Source: Raja brachyura
Taxonomy: Eukaryota
NCBI GenBank assembly: GCA_963514005.1
Contig: OY740814.1
Location: 14,570,001-14,634,000 of the forward strand
Reading direction: 5' to 3'
DNA length: 64,000 bases
Shown here piece after piece: positions 12,207 to 26,245 of the stretch (the stretch's first letter is position 1; each line of letters starts with the position of its first letter). A model generated the notes under the pieces. The model searched no databases. It had not been told where the DNA came from and saw nothing but the letters and a program-made list of their open reading frames with translations. The position numbers and the translations under genes were made by a program.

Positions 12207-14589
12207 TAAGGCCCTTTTGCTCAAACAGCATGTGCTGGTGCTAATACTTTAGCTGCTCTCTCAATGGTGCTTTATGGTCACGTGAAGAGAATGGGCTAAT
12301 TAGGGATAGCCAGTATGGCTCAGTACATGACAGGTCATGTCTCACTAACTTGATTGAGTTTTTTTGAGGAGATAGCAAAGGAGATTGATGAAGATAGGGT
12401 GGTGGATGTTTTATATATGGATTTTAGTTAGGCTTTTGATAAGTTCTCTCATGGTAAGCTGATGCAGTAGCTTAAGATGTACAGGATTTATGATGACTTA
12501 GTCATTGTCAGTCACACTGTGATGCCCTGCACAGCTGGGTATTTTGCTTGCAATTATTCCCAAGGCACACACTTGGGTGGCTGCCCAAGAATATTCACCT
12601 TCTCTGGAACTGTACAACAGTGGCAGAGTCAATGTCTTCAGGAGAAGGGGGACAAAGAAAACAAATTGAGAAAAATAATAATTTTCTTATGCAAAACTTT
12701 TGCCACAACACAAGTACACTTATTAGACCAACTACTCATAAACAGAGTTCCTGAATTAGAGCATCTTCCTGTTTAACTATCCCCCACTGAGATACAATTT
12801 TGCTGAACCACTCAATGTTCACTGCCATTGCAAATTTTAAGCAATAAAAGCAATGTTGTAGGATTGTGAATGCTGTAGATTACAAATATTTTACGACTTT
12901 AAAAGAACTTATTCCACAAACTTTATTTTAGTTAATCAGGTTCCAGCCTTGAAGCCACATATAACCCTTCTAAGCCTTTTGATCAAACACAAATATCGAC
13001 CTCAGACCACTCATTTGGCAGATTAAGCCCTGAGTCAATTAGAGACTCTTCTTGTTTTAAGTTGCACATGACAGGGGTTCTATAGCAGCATAGCAAATCC
13101 TCCTTCAGATGACTTCTTTGATGGTATAGCTTGGCTTTTTAATGGACTAGGAATTAATCATATTAATCTATATTCAATCAATATTTAATTACTGTGCATA
13201 AAAACTTTATGAAGTTGGGCAAATAAACTATTTGGGGAAAAAAGTTGGGTAATCATTAGAAACTTATAATTAAACTTGCTAACAAGCTTAGCACTTATTT
13301 CAGGTACAGTGCCATGGGAATACAATCTAACTTTTCAGAAAAAAAATCAAAGAGATAAGCCTACATGGTGCCAATGTAACATCTCGTTAGTTAGAAACAC
13401 TGCTTAGGAATAGGGTTACATCATTACTGCTTCATCCTCCGACACATAAACAGTGCTCATGTTCTCCAATGCCAGACACCCTTAAAATGTAGAGAATCAA
13501 GAGAAAGCAGCGTTTAGGGAAGGGAGAACAGCTTGGAGTCACACTTTCAGAGTCATTACTGACACGTTCCTGCAGGTGATGAGCCAGGGACAGTCACAAG
13601 GACACAGATGCTTTGTGTTTGGTCAGTATCTTGCTCTATTGCTGAGCTGTCTTCTCAGGCACCAGGCAATACAGGAAATCAGCCTCGGCAAGCAGCCCAG
13701 AAATGTAGAGAACGGATAACTGATGCATTATTCTACAGTATCAACACTTTGATCTTGTATACTATTGAACTGCAACCACAGCATGACAATGTTTCCTAAC
13801 CATAATACATCACAAGGATCTGCCAATGTACTGAGGTTCTTACCACAGTAGGTGTGTGTCCATTGGCACAGTGGTCTATATGAACAAAATGGGAGCAGAC
13901 TCCATGCATGTTACACTGACTTCTTGGCAGAAATCACAATACTTTTCATATTAAAATCATGTAAGCCCATGTCAGGTTTACTTGATCTGAGAGTTAGCCT
14001 AATGTAGTCAAACAAAAATTAACATTCCTGTCAGTAGTCACTGACAGAAGAAAGAAAAACTACAAGGAACTGCAACCAATTCATTATGGCATGAACTGCT
14101 GGGTCTCAGCAGTCGTTCAGAAACCATAACAGGTGGGATGCACTATAATGAAGCCCTCCAGCAGTTCCAGGATTACTGATAACTGATGATACCATGCAAC
14201 GCTGCTACCCAAAGAGGCCTAAACATGGAGGAACAAACTGTCTCCATGAAGCCAGAGTAGGGACATGCAATGATCAAAGGGATCAGATATGAGGATCTCA
14301 GAGATCTACCAGAATTTTCAAATCCCTTCAGTACGGCAAGTTATCCTGCTGGCTCTACTGGCTACTCTATCAGGAAGACTGGTGAATCTTACACATACTC
14401 CAATTAACCTGTTTGTGGATATGTGCTTCCACGTCCCTTTAAGGAAATTTACTGTGTACAGGGATAGCTCAAAGCAGTCTTAGTGACACACTGCTATCTT
14501 CCTTGTGTCACATTATAAACTCATTGGGGATTGGGGGGAATACTTCTCAAGTTTGCCCTGCAAAAACCTCTTGAAGCTTGGGTGCAAGG

Positions 14590-15490
14590 TCATAGTCAGA
14601 GAGTGATACAGTGTGGGAACAGGCCATTCGGCCCAACCTGCCCACACTGGCCAGCATGTCCCAGCTACACTAGTCCCACCTGCCAGTATTTGGTCCATAT
14701 CCCTCCAAACCCGTCCTATCCATGTACCTGTCTAACTGTTTCCTAAATGTTGGGATAGTCCTTGCCTCAACTGCCCCCCTCTGGCAGCTTGTTCCATATA
14801 TCCACCACCCTTTGTGTGAAAATGTTACCCCTCTGATTCCTATTATATCTTTTTCCCTTCGCCTTAAACCTATCCTCGATTCACCTACTATAGGCAAGAT
14901 ACTCTGTATATCTGCATGAATTATTCCTCTCATGATCTTATACACCTCTATAAGATCACCCCTCATCCTCCTGTGCTCCAAGGAATAGAGTCCCAGCCTA
15001 CTCAACCTCTGCGTATAGCTTAGACCCTCTAATCCTGGCCATATCCTCATAAATCGCCTCTGCATCCTTCCCAGCTTGACAACATCTTTCCTACAACATG
15101 GTGCCCTGATCAGAACACAATTCTCTAAATGTGGTCTCACCAACGTCTTATATCAACATGACTGCCCAACTTCTATACTTGATACTCCAGCTGATGAAGG
15201 CCAATGTGCCAAAAGCCTTTTTGACCACCTGATCTACCTGTGACTCCACCTTCAGGGAACTATGCACCTGCATTCCTAGATCCCTCTGCTCTATAACACT
15301 CTCCAGAGCCCCACCATTCACTGTGTAGGCCCTGCCCATGTTAGACTTCCCAAAATGCGACGCCTCACATTTTTCTGCATTAAATTCCATCAACTGTTCC
15401 TAAGCCCACTTGGCAGATCCTGCTGCAATTTTTCACAACCATCTTCACTATCTGCAAAACTACCCACTTTTGTATCAACTGCAAACTTGC
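14590..15490 (-). mobile_element. 5'-truncated CR1 LINE
   Basis: ORFs 15148-15393 and 14670-15143 (MEFNAEKC, RDLGMQVHSSLKV, VRPHLENC) plus 3' UTR. Confidence 0.9.
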
Positions 15491-15664
15491 CATTGGGAAA
15501 GTTGAAATCCCCTACCATAACACCCTTATTTTACTTGCATCTGTCTTGCAATCTCCTGGCATATTTGTTCTAATTCCCATTGACTATTTGGAGGACTGCA
15601 GTCCACCCACAACAACATGTGCATCCCTTTCTTGTTCATCAACTCCAGGTCTGGGGGGATGCAG

Positions 15665-16020
15665 ATGGTAAGAGAGCCCAGGAATGAAGAAGATTGCAAA
15701 AAGTGGTGTTCTCTACAAAGTCCATCATGGGTACCTACCTCCCCACCATTGAAGGGATCTACAAAAGTCGCCACCTCAAAAAGGCAGCCAACATCATCAG
15801 GTACACACGCTGACTCTGGTCATGCTCTCATTTCACTCCTGCCATCGGAAAGAAGGGAAAGGAGCCTGAAAACTTTTTCCACCAGGTTCAGGAGCAGCTT
15901 CTTCTCTCCAACCATCAGGCTATTAAACATTACAGCTTCCTACTAAGGTCCAAAAAACAGGCTTGGCTGGCACAATTACTGTTATTTTTTAATATACTGA
16001 ACTTTTTGTTGTTTATTACA
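15665..16020 (+). mobile_element. Rex1-type LINE 3' fragment
   Basis: GHALISLLPSERRERSLKTFSTRFRSSFFSPTIRLLN, a typical Rex1 C-terminus. Confidence 0.75.
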
Positions 16021-17867
16021 GTGTTTACAGAGTACTATGTTTACTTAGCTGTTGTGCTCCTGCAAATAAGAATTTCATTGACATTTGATCTCTTGGTCAT
16101 GTCAAAGCTTCAACAGTCAAAACTTAAATGGAATTATAGGGAATATACACTGACCAAGAGAGTAAGTCTTGATCCACCAATTTACCAATCACGATGGTCT
16201 AAATCAAATTCACCAAGTGATCTCCACCGCATGCCCTTGAAACTCGCCAGGCCCCACTTGCTATGCTCCTCTGAAACTTGCCTGGGCCCCAGGGTCCATG
16301 CTCCACTGAAAGTCTCCAGGGTTTCACTGCCCAGAAACTCATCAGGTTTTCTGGGAAATTTATTACATTACTACATAGTATCTAAAAAAGTGAAAGTGTG
16401 CTGGGAAATTCATAAAAATAACATAAAAATAGTTCACAAAATGTGACATTTTGGCAGCAGTCCAGAGTATGCTGGAATATCAGAGAATGCACATGGTAAG
16501 AGTCACTGGGAAATACAGAAGAATTACACTGTGGGATATGTATAGAAGATTTACAGCAAGAGATTTACAAGGAGTGCACGCTATGAAAAGTGGGGTATAT
16601 GGAGGAAATAGAGGAGTTATATGAAGATGGCATCAGAGGATTTTAAACAACTAATAATGGTATAGAGAGATTAAGATTGGTATATTTAAGAGATTTGCAC
16701 CAAAAATAACGTGAGATACAAATGACAGAAATAGTCAGAGAATAGAGAGATGTTTGTACTATATATAGACAATATGTCAAAAGACAGCAAGAGTGACAAT
16801 GAGAATTTATGGCCAAATATTCTGGTTTATCTAACAGTTAAGAACAAATCACATTGGTTGGTTACAACCTCAACTATACCCACAAGTCATGGGATAACAT
16901 AACATGAAATCATTCATGACATTCCATTCCACCTTTTGGTTATTACAGCTTTCAAACACGACCTGAAATGTGCACGTGGAAATCCCCACTGTCAACCTGA
17001 TGATGAAGGTCGTTCATTTGATTTTTGATACTACATTTCATTTTACACTAAATCTGCCACTGAACTGCAGGACCACATTGTTTACTGCGAATTACATTTT
17101 CCTTTCCACCACCAGGAGTCTATTAGTTAAAACACCAATGCGTTTCATAAAACTGTCATATATACTGAGCCTGAAAGAAGGATCGACCTCCTGGTCAGTA
17201 TTATTTAATCTTGAAGAAATGCTGCTCAGAGGTATTGTTGAAGTTTGTAATGTTGGATTTGATAGCATACTTGAATGAAGCTTTAATATCACATTCTGTT
17301 CTTTACTAAGCTCACTTCCAGCATTCTAATCATTTACCACCTTGGGAAACTATAGAAAAAGTAGTGGAATGGGCTAATTAAACATCTCTTCAAAGAGTTA
17401 GCCAGATGTCCTGATTCTGTGCTGCAAGATTTTATCCAATTCCTGTAAAACTATAAATATGACAACTTTTTTACATAATGTAAAAAAATAAATTATATTC
17501 TTGATACTGCAAGTGCAAAGAAAGCCTATTCAGCCCCGAGGAAATGATAGAGATTTGGTCTGTTGATACCAGTGAATGCAGGTTCAAATCTACCATTTCT
17601 TACACAATGGACTTTGAGACTCAGGCTCGCTATGCTCTTGACATCAGAGATTTTGTTACAAAGTGAAGAGTCACTTACTAAAATGCACAAAAAATAGAAT
17701 GCTGGTGAAAGTCATAAGGTTGTCTATAATTTTCCTCCACATATGCTGCGTGCCCTACTGAGTTCCCCAGCACGGTTTTTGCACCAGATTCCAGTATCTG
17801 CAGTTTCATGTGTCTCTACTTATTAAAATGATTTCAGTATTGTGTTCATGTAGTCTTCAGTAAGTCA

Positions 17868-18083
<216 letters not shown>

Positions 18084-18325
18084 TCAGGGTTTTATTTTCA
18101 TAAAATGCTGATCAGAAGATTATCAAATACTGAAAGAAATGTCAGAGTTTAGGTCCTGGATGAATGATCAAACCCAGTGATGTGCCAGAGGCCGGAATTA
18201 CCTCTTCTTAAGCAGACATCTGAGAGACAGAGTGATTTCCTTCCTTCTTGCCAAGGGTAATATGTGGAGATCAAATGTATGAAAGGAAAACAGCTTTTGA
18301 AAACCCATTAAATGCAACCAGGCTA

Positions 18326-18577
<252 letters not shown>

Positions 18578-18584
18578 TTAAAAT

Positions 18585-19877
18585 ACTTAGGATCAGGCTT
18601 GGACCTCCGTTGTTTGTATTATTCGGCAATGATTTGAATGAAAATGCAGGTGGTGTGATTTGTAAGTTTTCAGATGAAACAAAAAATTGAGGCTAATGGG
18701 GAAGGTTTTCAAAGTTCACAGCACAATTTAGATCAATTGGATATTTGGGCAGGGAAATGGCAGTTAGAGAATAATCAGGGCAAGAGAGGCGTTGTATTTT
18801 GGCAAGTCAAATGTACGAAGAAAGTATATGGTTATTGGCAGGAGCCTTCAGAGCATTGATGTATGCGGGGATCTTGGAGTTCAAACCCATGGCTCCCTCT
18901 AAATGGCAACACAAGTGGATGGGGTAATGAAGGCATACGGCATGCTTGCCTTCATTGGTCAGGACAAAGAATATAAACATTTGTAAGTCACATAATATAA
19001 AACATTTTGGTTAGGCCCCTTTTGGAGTATTGCACACAGTTCTGAAGAATGTGGAGGCTTTGGATAGGGTGCAGGCCTTTCACCCCAACTAGTCCATGCC
19101 AGCAAACATGCCCCATCTACACTAGTCCCAACCACCGGCGCTTGGCACAAAACCCTCTGAACCTATCCTATCCATGTACTCATTCAAATGTCTCTTGAAC
19201 GTTAAGATAGTACCTGCTTCAACTACCTCCTCCAGCAGCTCGTTCCACATACCCATCACCTTTTGTGCAAAAACGTTATCCCTCAGTTTCCTAGTAAATC
19301 ATTCTCCCCTCACCTTAAATCCATGACCTCTAGTTCTCGATTCCCCTTCTCTGGGCAAAAGGCTGTGCATTTACCCGATCTATTCCCCTCATAACATTGT
19401 ACACCTTTATAAGATCCGTCATCCTCCTGTGCTCCAAGGAATAACGTCCTAGCTTGCTCAACCTCTCCCTATAGCTCAGACCCTCGAGTCCTGGCAACAT
19501 CCTCGTAAATCTTCTCTGTACCCTTTCCAGCTTATTAGCCACGCAGAGAAGTTGAATAAAGTTGGACTCTGGACCATGAGAGGTTTATAAAAATTGTAAT
19601 ACTAGAGGGCACAGGTTTACGGTTCGAGGGAGAAAGTTTAAAGGAGACGCGTAGGGCAAGTTTTTCTTTAAACACGAGAGTGCCTCGAATCCTCTGCTAG
19701 GGGAGTGGTGGTAGCAGATATTATAACACCAGGCTTTTAGACAAACACATGAACAGGCAGAAAGTAAGATATGGACTATGTGCAGGCAGACGGGATTAGA
19801 TAGATTGGCATCATGGTTAGCGCCGACGTGCTGGACCAAAGGGCCTGTTCTATGCTGCACTTATCTATATGTCACAA
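18585..19877. mobile_element. Plus-strand CR1 fragment with a nested minus-strand CR1 3' end (~19072-19533)
   Basis: NDLNENAGGVICKFSDETK on plus; KLERVQRRFTRMLPGLEGLSY on minus; plus-strand 3' UTR at ~19780-19870. Confidence 0.8.
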
Positions 19878-19892
19878 AACATCCTCGTAAAT

Positions 19893-20097
19893 CTGGAGAA
19901 ACTCAGCGGGTGCAGCAGCATCTAAGGAGCGAAGGAGATAGGCGACGTTTCGGGTCGAGACCCTTCTTCAGACTGAAGAAGGGTCTCGACCCGAAACGTC
20001 GCCTATCTCCTTCGCTCCTTAGATGCTGCTGCACCCGCTGAGTTTCTCCAGCCTTTTGTGTAACCCTCGATTCTCCAGCATCTGCAGTTCCTTCTTT
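19893..20097. mobile_element. Short palindromic Penelope-derived element with back-to-back hammerhead cores
   Basis: Perfect inverted repeat 19893-19971 / 19973-20051 (79-bp arms, 1-nt spacer); 17-bp direct repeat AACATCCTCGTAAATCT at 19878-19894 and 20098-20114. Confidence 0.9.
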
Positions 20098-23000
20098 AAC
20101 ATCCTCGTAAATCTTCTCTGTACCCTTTCCAGCTTATTAGCCACGCAGAGAAGTTGAATAAAGTTGGACTCTGGACCATGAGAATCAAAACTATATCTTA
20201 CTAACTTCTTCTTGGAACCCTGTGACCCCCAGTTGATTAAAAAAAACTGATAACTGATAACTGAAAAAACTGAGTGTCCTCTGAGTGAACACATCTGTGA
20301 CGACAGAGAAATATCAGGAAACCAGCCAATGGTTCCTTCTGCACCTAAACAATGTGTCGTGTCCCTCTGGTATAAACAGATTCTCCAAGTGTTAATAACA
20401 GTGGGAATATCATTGTACCCATTGGCATTGTTATATTTAAATGCTCTGGGGTGAAGTTCTGCAAGCCCTTGAGATCCTGGCAGACAAACAAAACCCAGTG
20501 GGAATTCACAGCACAGCTCGAAGTAAATGTGCTGGGAGACTACTGTACGTGCTGCCTGATACCAACAATCCAATAACAATGGCACAAGGCTTGAACAACT
20601 GAGACCTCATTTACATTTCATCTTTCCATATATTATGTGCACTTAGAAGTTTCTATGCTTCCACTATGTGAAGTGCCTGTGCTTAAATGAACAGCTCTGT
20701 GGCAATCAGATATATATACACAAATTTAACTCTCCCAGAAAAAAAAAATATTCAAAACATTTCCTATCCTTTATTGCTACTGAAAAATGTTCATGTCAAA
20801 GGTTCTGTGACTGGAAGGTCAAGTGGGGTTCCATTCCAAGACGTTACCAATGCCTCTGTTGAAGGCATCCTTGATTACACTTAACATGTACATAACATGT
20901 TAATGTCTTAATGACAGCACAAAAGAAGTGGGGTTTCAAGTATGAAAAGTCTTAATGTGAATTTCTACCATACCAATTTATTAAGTATTTTACATCACTT
21001 GAGTTGAGTATGTCTTGTTAAAAAAACAATTATAATATAAAAAAGTGCATCCTTATCATTCTGTATTGCAAGTTACTCAAACCGCTGAAGCTCTCACAAC
21101 AAATAAAAACTGATAAATCGTATTTTAACTTTTGACCCATAACTCAACAATTCACTCAAAACTCCTGTTTATGGTCCTGCACCCAGGAGAGCAAACATTC
21201 AGCAAATGACAGCTTTCTTCATGGCAGTACACCGCCTGCCATTGGTCCTAACCTTGGCTTTTAATAGATAGTACATACATCACTGGAGTCAGGAAATAAT
21301 GTTCAGGATTAACCTTTTCAAAGTGACATAAACCTTATGTACCTCTACAACATTTCCTGTCTTTTTCAGGATTTAGTGTTCAAGTTGCTAAAACTATTCC
21401 TCATCACTCATTTTTGTGACAGTTGTACTTGGTCTTGTGGGACTTCTGTATATCACTTCCAAGACAGGAATGTTTCCCTTGTGCCTTGTTGACCAGAAAT
21501 GATCATATTATTCAAGGTGCAATGTGGCCAGAGCATTCCACAGCTCCAGCACAATAGCCCAATAAAACATTGTTTGCTTTGTTCCTGTCGATTGATGACT
21601 GGATAATACTGTTGCCTCTAATCTCTTTCTTAGCTACTGTAGCAATGTTCACTGAATGCCCATTTTGCCTTTTATAGCTTAACACCCTGAACTTATTTAT
21701 CACCAATGTCATCCGTTGTACTTCTGCTCATTTGAAAATATTGTTGGGAAATTATTGCATGGAATCTTCTTCCCATTCTATGGCATTTTATCCATAAAAG
21801 GGATGTGAGTGCCATTAGCAAGGCCAACATTTATTGCCGATTCCCAACATGAGAAGGTGATGTTGCCCACTGGCATATGCGATGAAAGTGCTCCCACAGT
21901 GCAGTTGGGAAGGGAGTTCCAAGATGTTCAGGATTTATATGTAAATGCATTCCTTTAGTGCAAGTATAGAATACAGCAAAAACAAATACATCACTGATAC
22001 CAGTAACAGCATTAAAAGTTAGTAAGTAGATGACAAAACTGGCATTTTGTCTAATTAAGTCCTTGGAACCCTCTGCCCCACACCATTGATAATATTTCTA
22101 TATTTAATATTATGCTTTTTTGAGGAATGTGGCGTTAAATAGAACAGATGGAGGAGATCATAATATAAATCTGTGAGGAGCAAGTTTCTTCGAGTTACAT
22201 TAACAGAGCAAATGGTAAGGTGTTAGGTGATTTATTTTATTTCTGTACCATGAATCTGAAAATACTGTTGATCGTGAATGCTATACTCAGAATACGTGGC
22301 ATTTTATCTACAGCAGGTACAATTAAATAATGCGCAATGCATTTACTTAAGGGTCCTGACATGTTTCAAGTCAAAAAGCAGACCATGCTCCTTGTACACT
22401 TGCCACCTTAATTTTAATGTTTTTGCCATTATAAAATAAGTAATAAGGTTTTTCCAGAATTTTAAAGGCTAATATTATTTTTTAATGTTAAAATGTAATT
22501 TTCCCCACACATTTTGAGCGTATTTTCATTTTCACTTTTTGGGGGACATTAGACATTATTAATGAGGAAATAGTCTTGACATTTGTAGCCATGGCCTGCG
22601 TACTGGCAGCCTACAGAATCCGGGGATAGTTTCATTGCGTAATATGCCGGACAGCATCTGGACTGTAATCAGGGATTCCATCAGATATAATGGATCAGAT
22701 TTTAAAATTCATCATAAAAGGCATTAGATGATACGTCTGTACCCTGATACTGTTAGTGTATAGATTTGAAATAATTTATAGTTTGGATCAGGCCAAATTC
22801 ATTCTCCTTTCACAAGGACGTGGATAATCTCATCATCAAGGGGATCTGTGAGTAGAACAATATGCAGCTTTGGAAGTGATGAAGAGCATTGTAGATTTAA
22901 TTTTCTTATATATCATTTCAGTTGATTTTAGTCCCCTTGGATGAGAGAATTCGCCACCAAGACACGAGACAATTTTGCTTGTGTCACTCAGCATTTACAG

Positions 23001-24797
23001 CTCAAACTCCAAACTGCCTCTACCTCACCAAAAAGTCATTTTTAGTTCCAGTAACTCTCAATTTATTGAGTGTGTATGAATCAGTGATGTTATTCATTTA
23101 GATCTCTATCCTACTTTCAGGCCATCACCCCAACCACTTCTCACAACAGTCTGGAAATAATACAACCTCTAACAATCCCTCCTGGCAATAGGCAATTGTG
23201 ATTAAGAATACAGTGGCATTAAAAATGAACCTTCTCGGTTATTAGTCCATATAGCAGCACGCTAAACAGGAAGAGTGCTGCACAGCCTGTTTCATTACCG
23301 ATTCATGTGGCATCCATTGAGACTTCTAACTTAATATTAATTACTTACAAATTAGGGGGGTTTCAGCCACTTCTGTCCTTTTCTTTGGAAACTGCATTGA
23401 AAAGTAGTTGTTCCACAAAGCACGGTTATAATTTTCATCTCGTGCATTAAAAAGGAAGCTATGATCACAAGACAGCCTGTAACTGTGTTCTGGACTAACC
23501 AAAGATGGACACAAACCACCCTATTTCAACTGCTCCTTGCAGTTCATGCCTTGCCAAATCCCTTTCAAATTCAGAAGGAGGTACATTTTAATTAATGGAT
23601 TTTTTTTAATGTGCTGCATCATTAAATCAAAATTAATCAACCCGTTTAAATTTATTGAGATAAGAGTATGAAGCCAATTTTAAACAGGGCATATATTACA
23701 TTTAATAATTATTAGAAAGAACATGTCAGAGTTTAAACATAAAAAATAATTCCATATTCAGAAAGTCAGAGGTCTAGTTCCAATTTTAGAAGTGCATGAG
23801 ATACAGTCTCTCTGCAGAAAATCTTGCCACGTATGCAAGTTTCTCTTTTAAAATTGGTACGGCAAAAATCATAAATATTTCTATCTGCAGAGTGATGCTT
23901 AAAATTTTCTTTCAACTCTTAGATCTTTTCTCTTCTAATAATTTTAGATAGTGCAACATTCTGTAAAGGACTCCTACATTAGATAGCAGTGGATCTATCA
24001 CAACAGAGAACAGGAGACATATCTGCAACTGGATTCTCCACTTTGGGGAAGGGCTGTTCCTCAAGTCCGTCTCTCTAGTCCGCACCCTCCTGCACAAATT
24101 TCATTCGTCCTTCACCATTAATGTAGTGAAAATCAAGTCACTGCAGGAGTGTTATCAAACAAAAATAATTGATGGCGAGGTGTCAAAGATGCAGGTTTTC
24201 AGGATAGGGATGGAGGCAGAGTACTTGAGAGAAGATAGTCCAGAGCTTGCAGCCTTGGCAGCTGAAAGTTATCGTCAATGGTGCTGCATTTAAATTACAA
24301 GGTGAGGGAGAGGATAGAAATAAAGAGCAGATATCTTGATGGGTTATTGAGTGAGGGGAATGACTGAGATAGAGTGGTGAGGCATGGAGGCATTTGAAAA
24401 ATAGAATGAGCATTTTAAAACTGAGGCAGCTTATCTGGGAATCTATGTAGGTCATTTTCAACCACAGAGAAGTCTGGTGAATGGGTCTTGCTGCATCACG
24501 ATAGAGATTGGAAAGTTTTGGATGAGAAACTGAGAAAAGTAGCTGACGATGCAATAATCAGGACGAGAGGCAGATGAGCTTCTTGGCAATGGAGCAGATG
24601 AGGCAGGGGCTGAGATGAGTGACTTTACAGAGTTGTGAATAGACGGTCTTACTGAAAGCAGGGAAGCAGAGTTTGAAGCTCAGCTCAGTCAAATGACACA
24701 AACTTGTGAAGAGCCTGAATCATAAAATCAATACTGCACAATAAGACCATGTCAGTTCCTGCTGAACAATTTATTCTGTTCCATTCTTCAAGGCTTT

Positions 24798-26087
24798 ATG
24801 GATTTATGCCTGGAAGGTCATGTTTGACTAATCTTCTTGAATTTTTTGAAGAGGTTACTAGGGAAATTGACGAGGGTAAAGCAGTGGATGTTGTCTATAT
24901 GGACTTCAGTAAGGCCTTTGACAAGGTTCCTCATGGAAGGTTGGTTAAGAAGGTTCAACTGTTGGGTATAAATGCAGGAATAGCAAGATGGATTCAACAG
25001 TGGCTGAATGGGAGAAGCCAGAGAGTAATGGTGGATGGCTGCTTGTCGGGTTGGAGGCAGGTGACTAGTGGGGTGCCTCAGGGATCTGTGTTGGGTCCTT
25101 TGTTGTTTGTCATGTACATCAATGATCTGGATGAAGGGGTGGTAAATTGGATTAGTAAGTATGCAGATGATACCAAGATAGGGGGTGTTGTGGATAATGA
25201 AGAGGATTTCCAAAGTCTACAGAGTGATTTAGGCCAGTTGGAAAAATGGGCTGAAAGATGGCAGATGGAGTTTAATGCTGATAAATGTGAGGTGCTACAC
25301 CTTGGCAGGACAAATCAAAATAGGACGTACATGGTAAACGGTAGGGAATTGAAGAATACAGTTGAACAGAGGGATCTGGGAATAACCGTGCATAGTTCCT
25401 TGAAGGTGGAATCTCATATAGATAGGGTGGTAAAGAAAGCTTTTGGTATGCTAGCCTTTATAAATCAGAGCATTGAGTATAGAAGCTGGGATGTAATGTT
25501 AAAATTGTACAAGGCGTTGGTGAGACCAAATCTGGAGTATGGTGTGCAGTTTTGGTCACCCAATTATAGGAAGGATGTCAACAAAATAGAGAGGGTACAG
25601 AGGAGATTTACTAGAATGTTGCCTGGGTTTCAACAGCTAAGTTACAGAGATAGGTTAAATAAGTTAGGTCTTTATTCTCTGGAGCGCAGAAGGTTAAGGG
25701 GGGACTTGATAGAGGTCTTTAAAATGATGAGAGGGATAGACAGAGTTAATGTGGACAAGCTTTTCCCTTTGAGAATAGGGAAGATTCAAACACGAGGACA
25801 TGACTTTAGAATTAAGGGACAGAGGTTTAGGGGTAACATGAGGGGGAACTTCTTTACTCAGAGAGTGGTAGCGGCGTGGAATGAGCTTCCAGTGGAAGTG
25901 GTGGCGGCAGGTTCGTTGGTATCATTTAAAAATAAATTGGATAGGCATATGGATGAGAAGGGTATGGAGGGTTATGGTATGAGTGCAGGCAGGTGGGACT
26001 AAGAGAAAAAAGTTGTTCGGCACGGACTTGAAGGGCCGAGATGGCCTGTTTCCGTGCTGTAATTGTTATATGGTTATATGGTTATAT
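24798..26087 (+). mobile_element. Young 5'-truncated CR1 LINE with uninterrupted RT ORF
   Basis: Open frame to stop at 26002 ([30 protein letters not shown]); (GTTATATG)3 tail; TSD GGCTTT at 24792-24797 and 26088-26093. Confidence 0.95.
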
Positions 26088-26114
26088 GGCTTTCCTATTG
26101 GCTTGTAAATTACT

Positions 26115-26245
26115 GTGTTAAAGAAGGAACTGCAGATGCTGGAGAATCGAGGGTTACACAAAAAAGCTGGAGAAACTCAGCGGGTGCAGCAGCATCTAAG
26201 GAGCGAAGGAGATAGGCAACGTTTCGGGTCGAGACCCTTCTTCAG
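26115..26245 (-). mobile_element. Short Penelope-derived element with hammerhead core
   Basis: Near-identical to the 19.9-kb and 36.9-kb copies; 15-bp TSD GGCTTGTAAATTACT at 26100-26114 and 26245-26259; core on minus at 26218-26245. Confidence 0.9.

Noticed and set aside
20019-20585. 188-aa minus-strand ORF
   Set aside because: Chance read-through across unique DNA, the duplicated CR1 junction and the Penelope-derived element.
24749-26002. 417-aa ORF as a host gene or autonomous LINE
   Set aside because: It is a 5'-truncated CR1 RT; the ATG and first 16 codons come from flanking DNA upstream of the TSD, and there is no endonuclease domain or ORF1.
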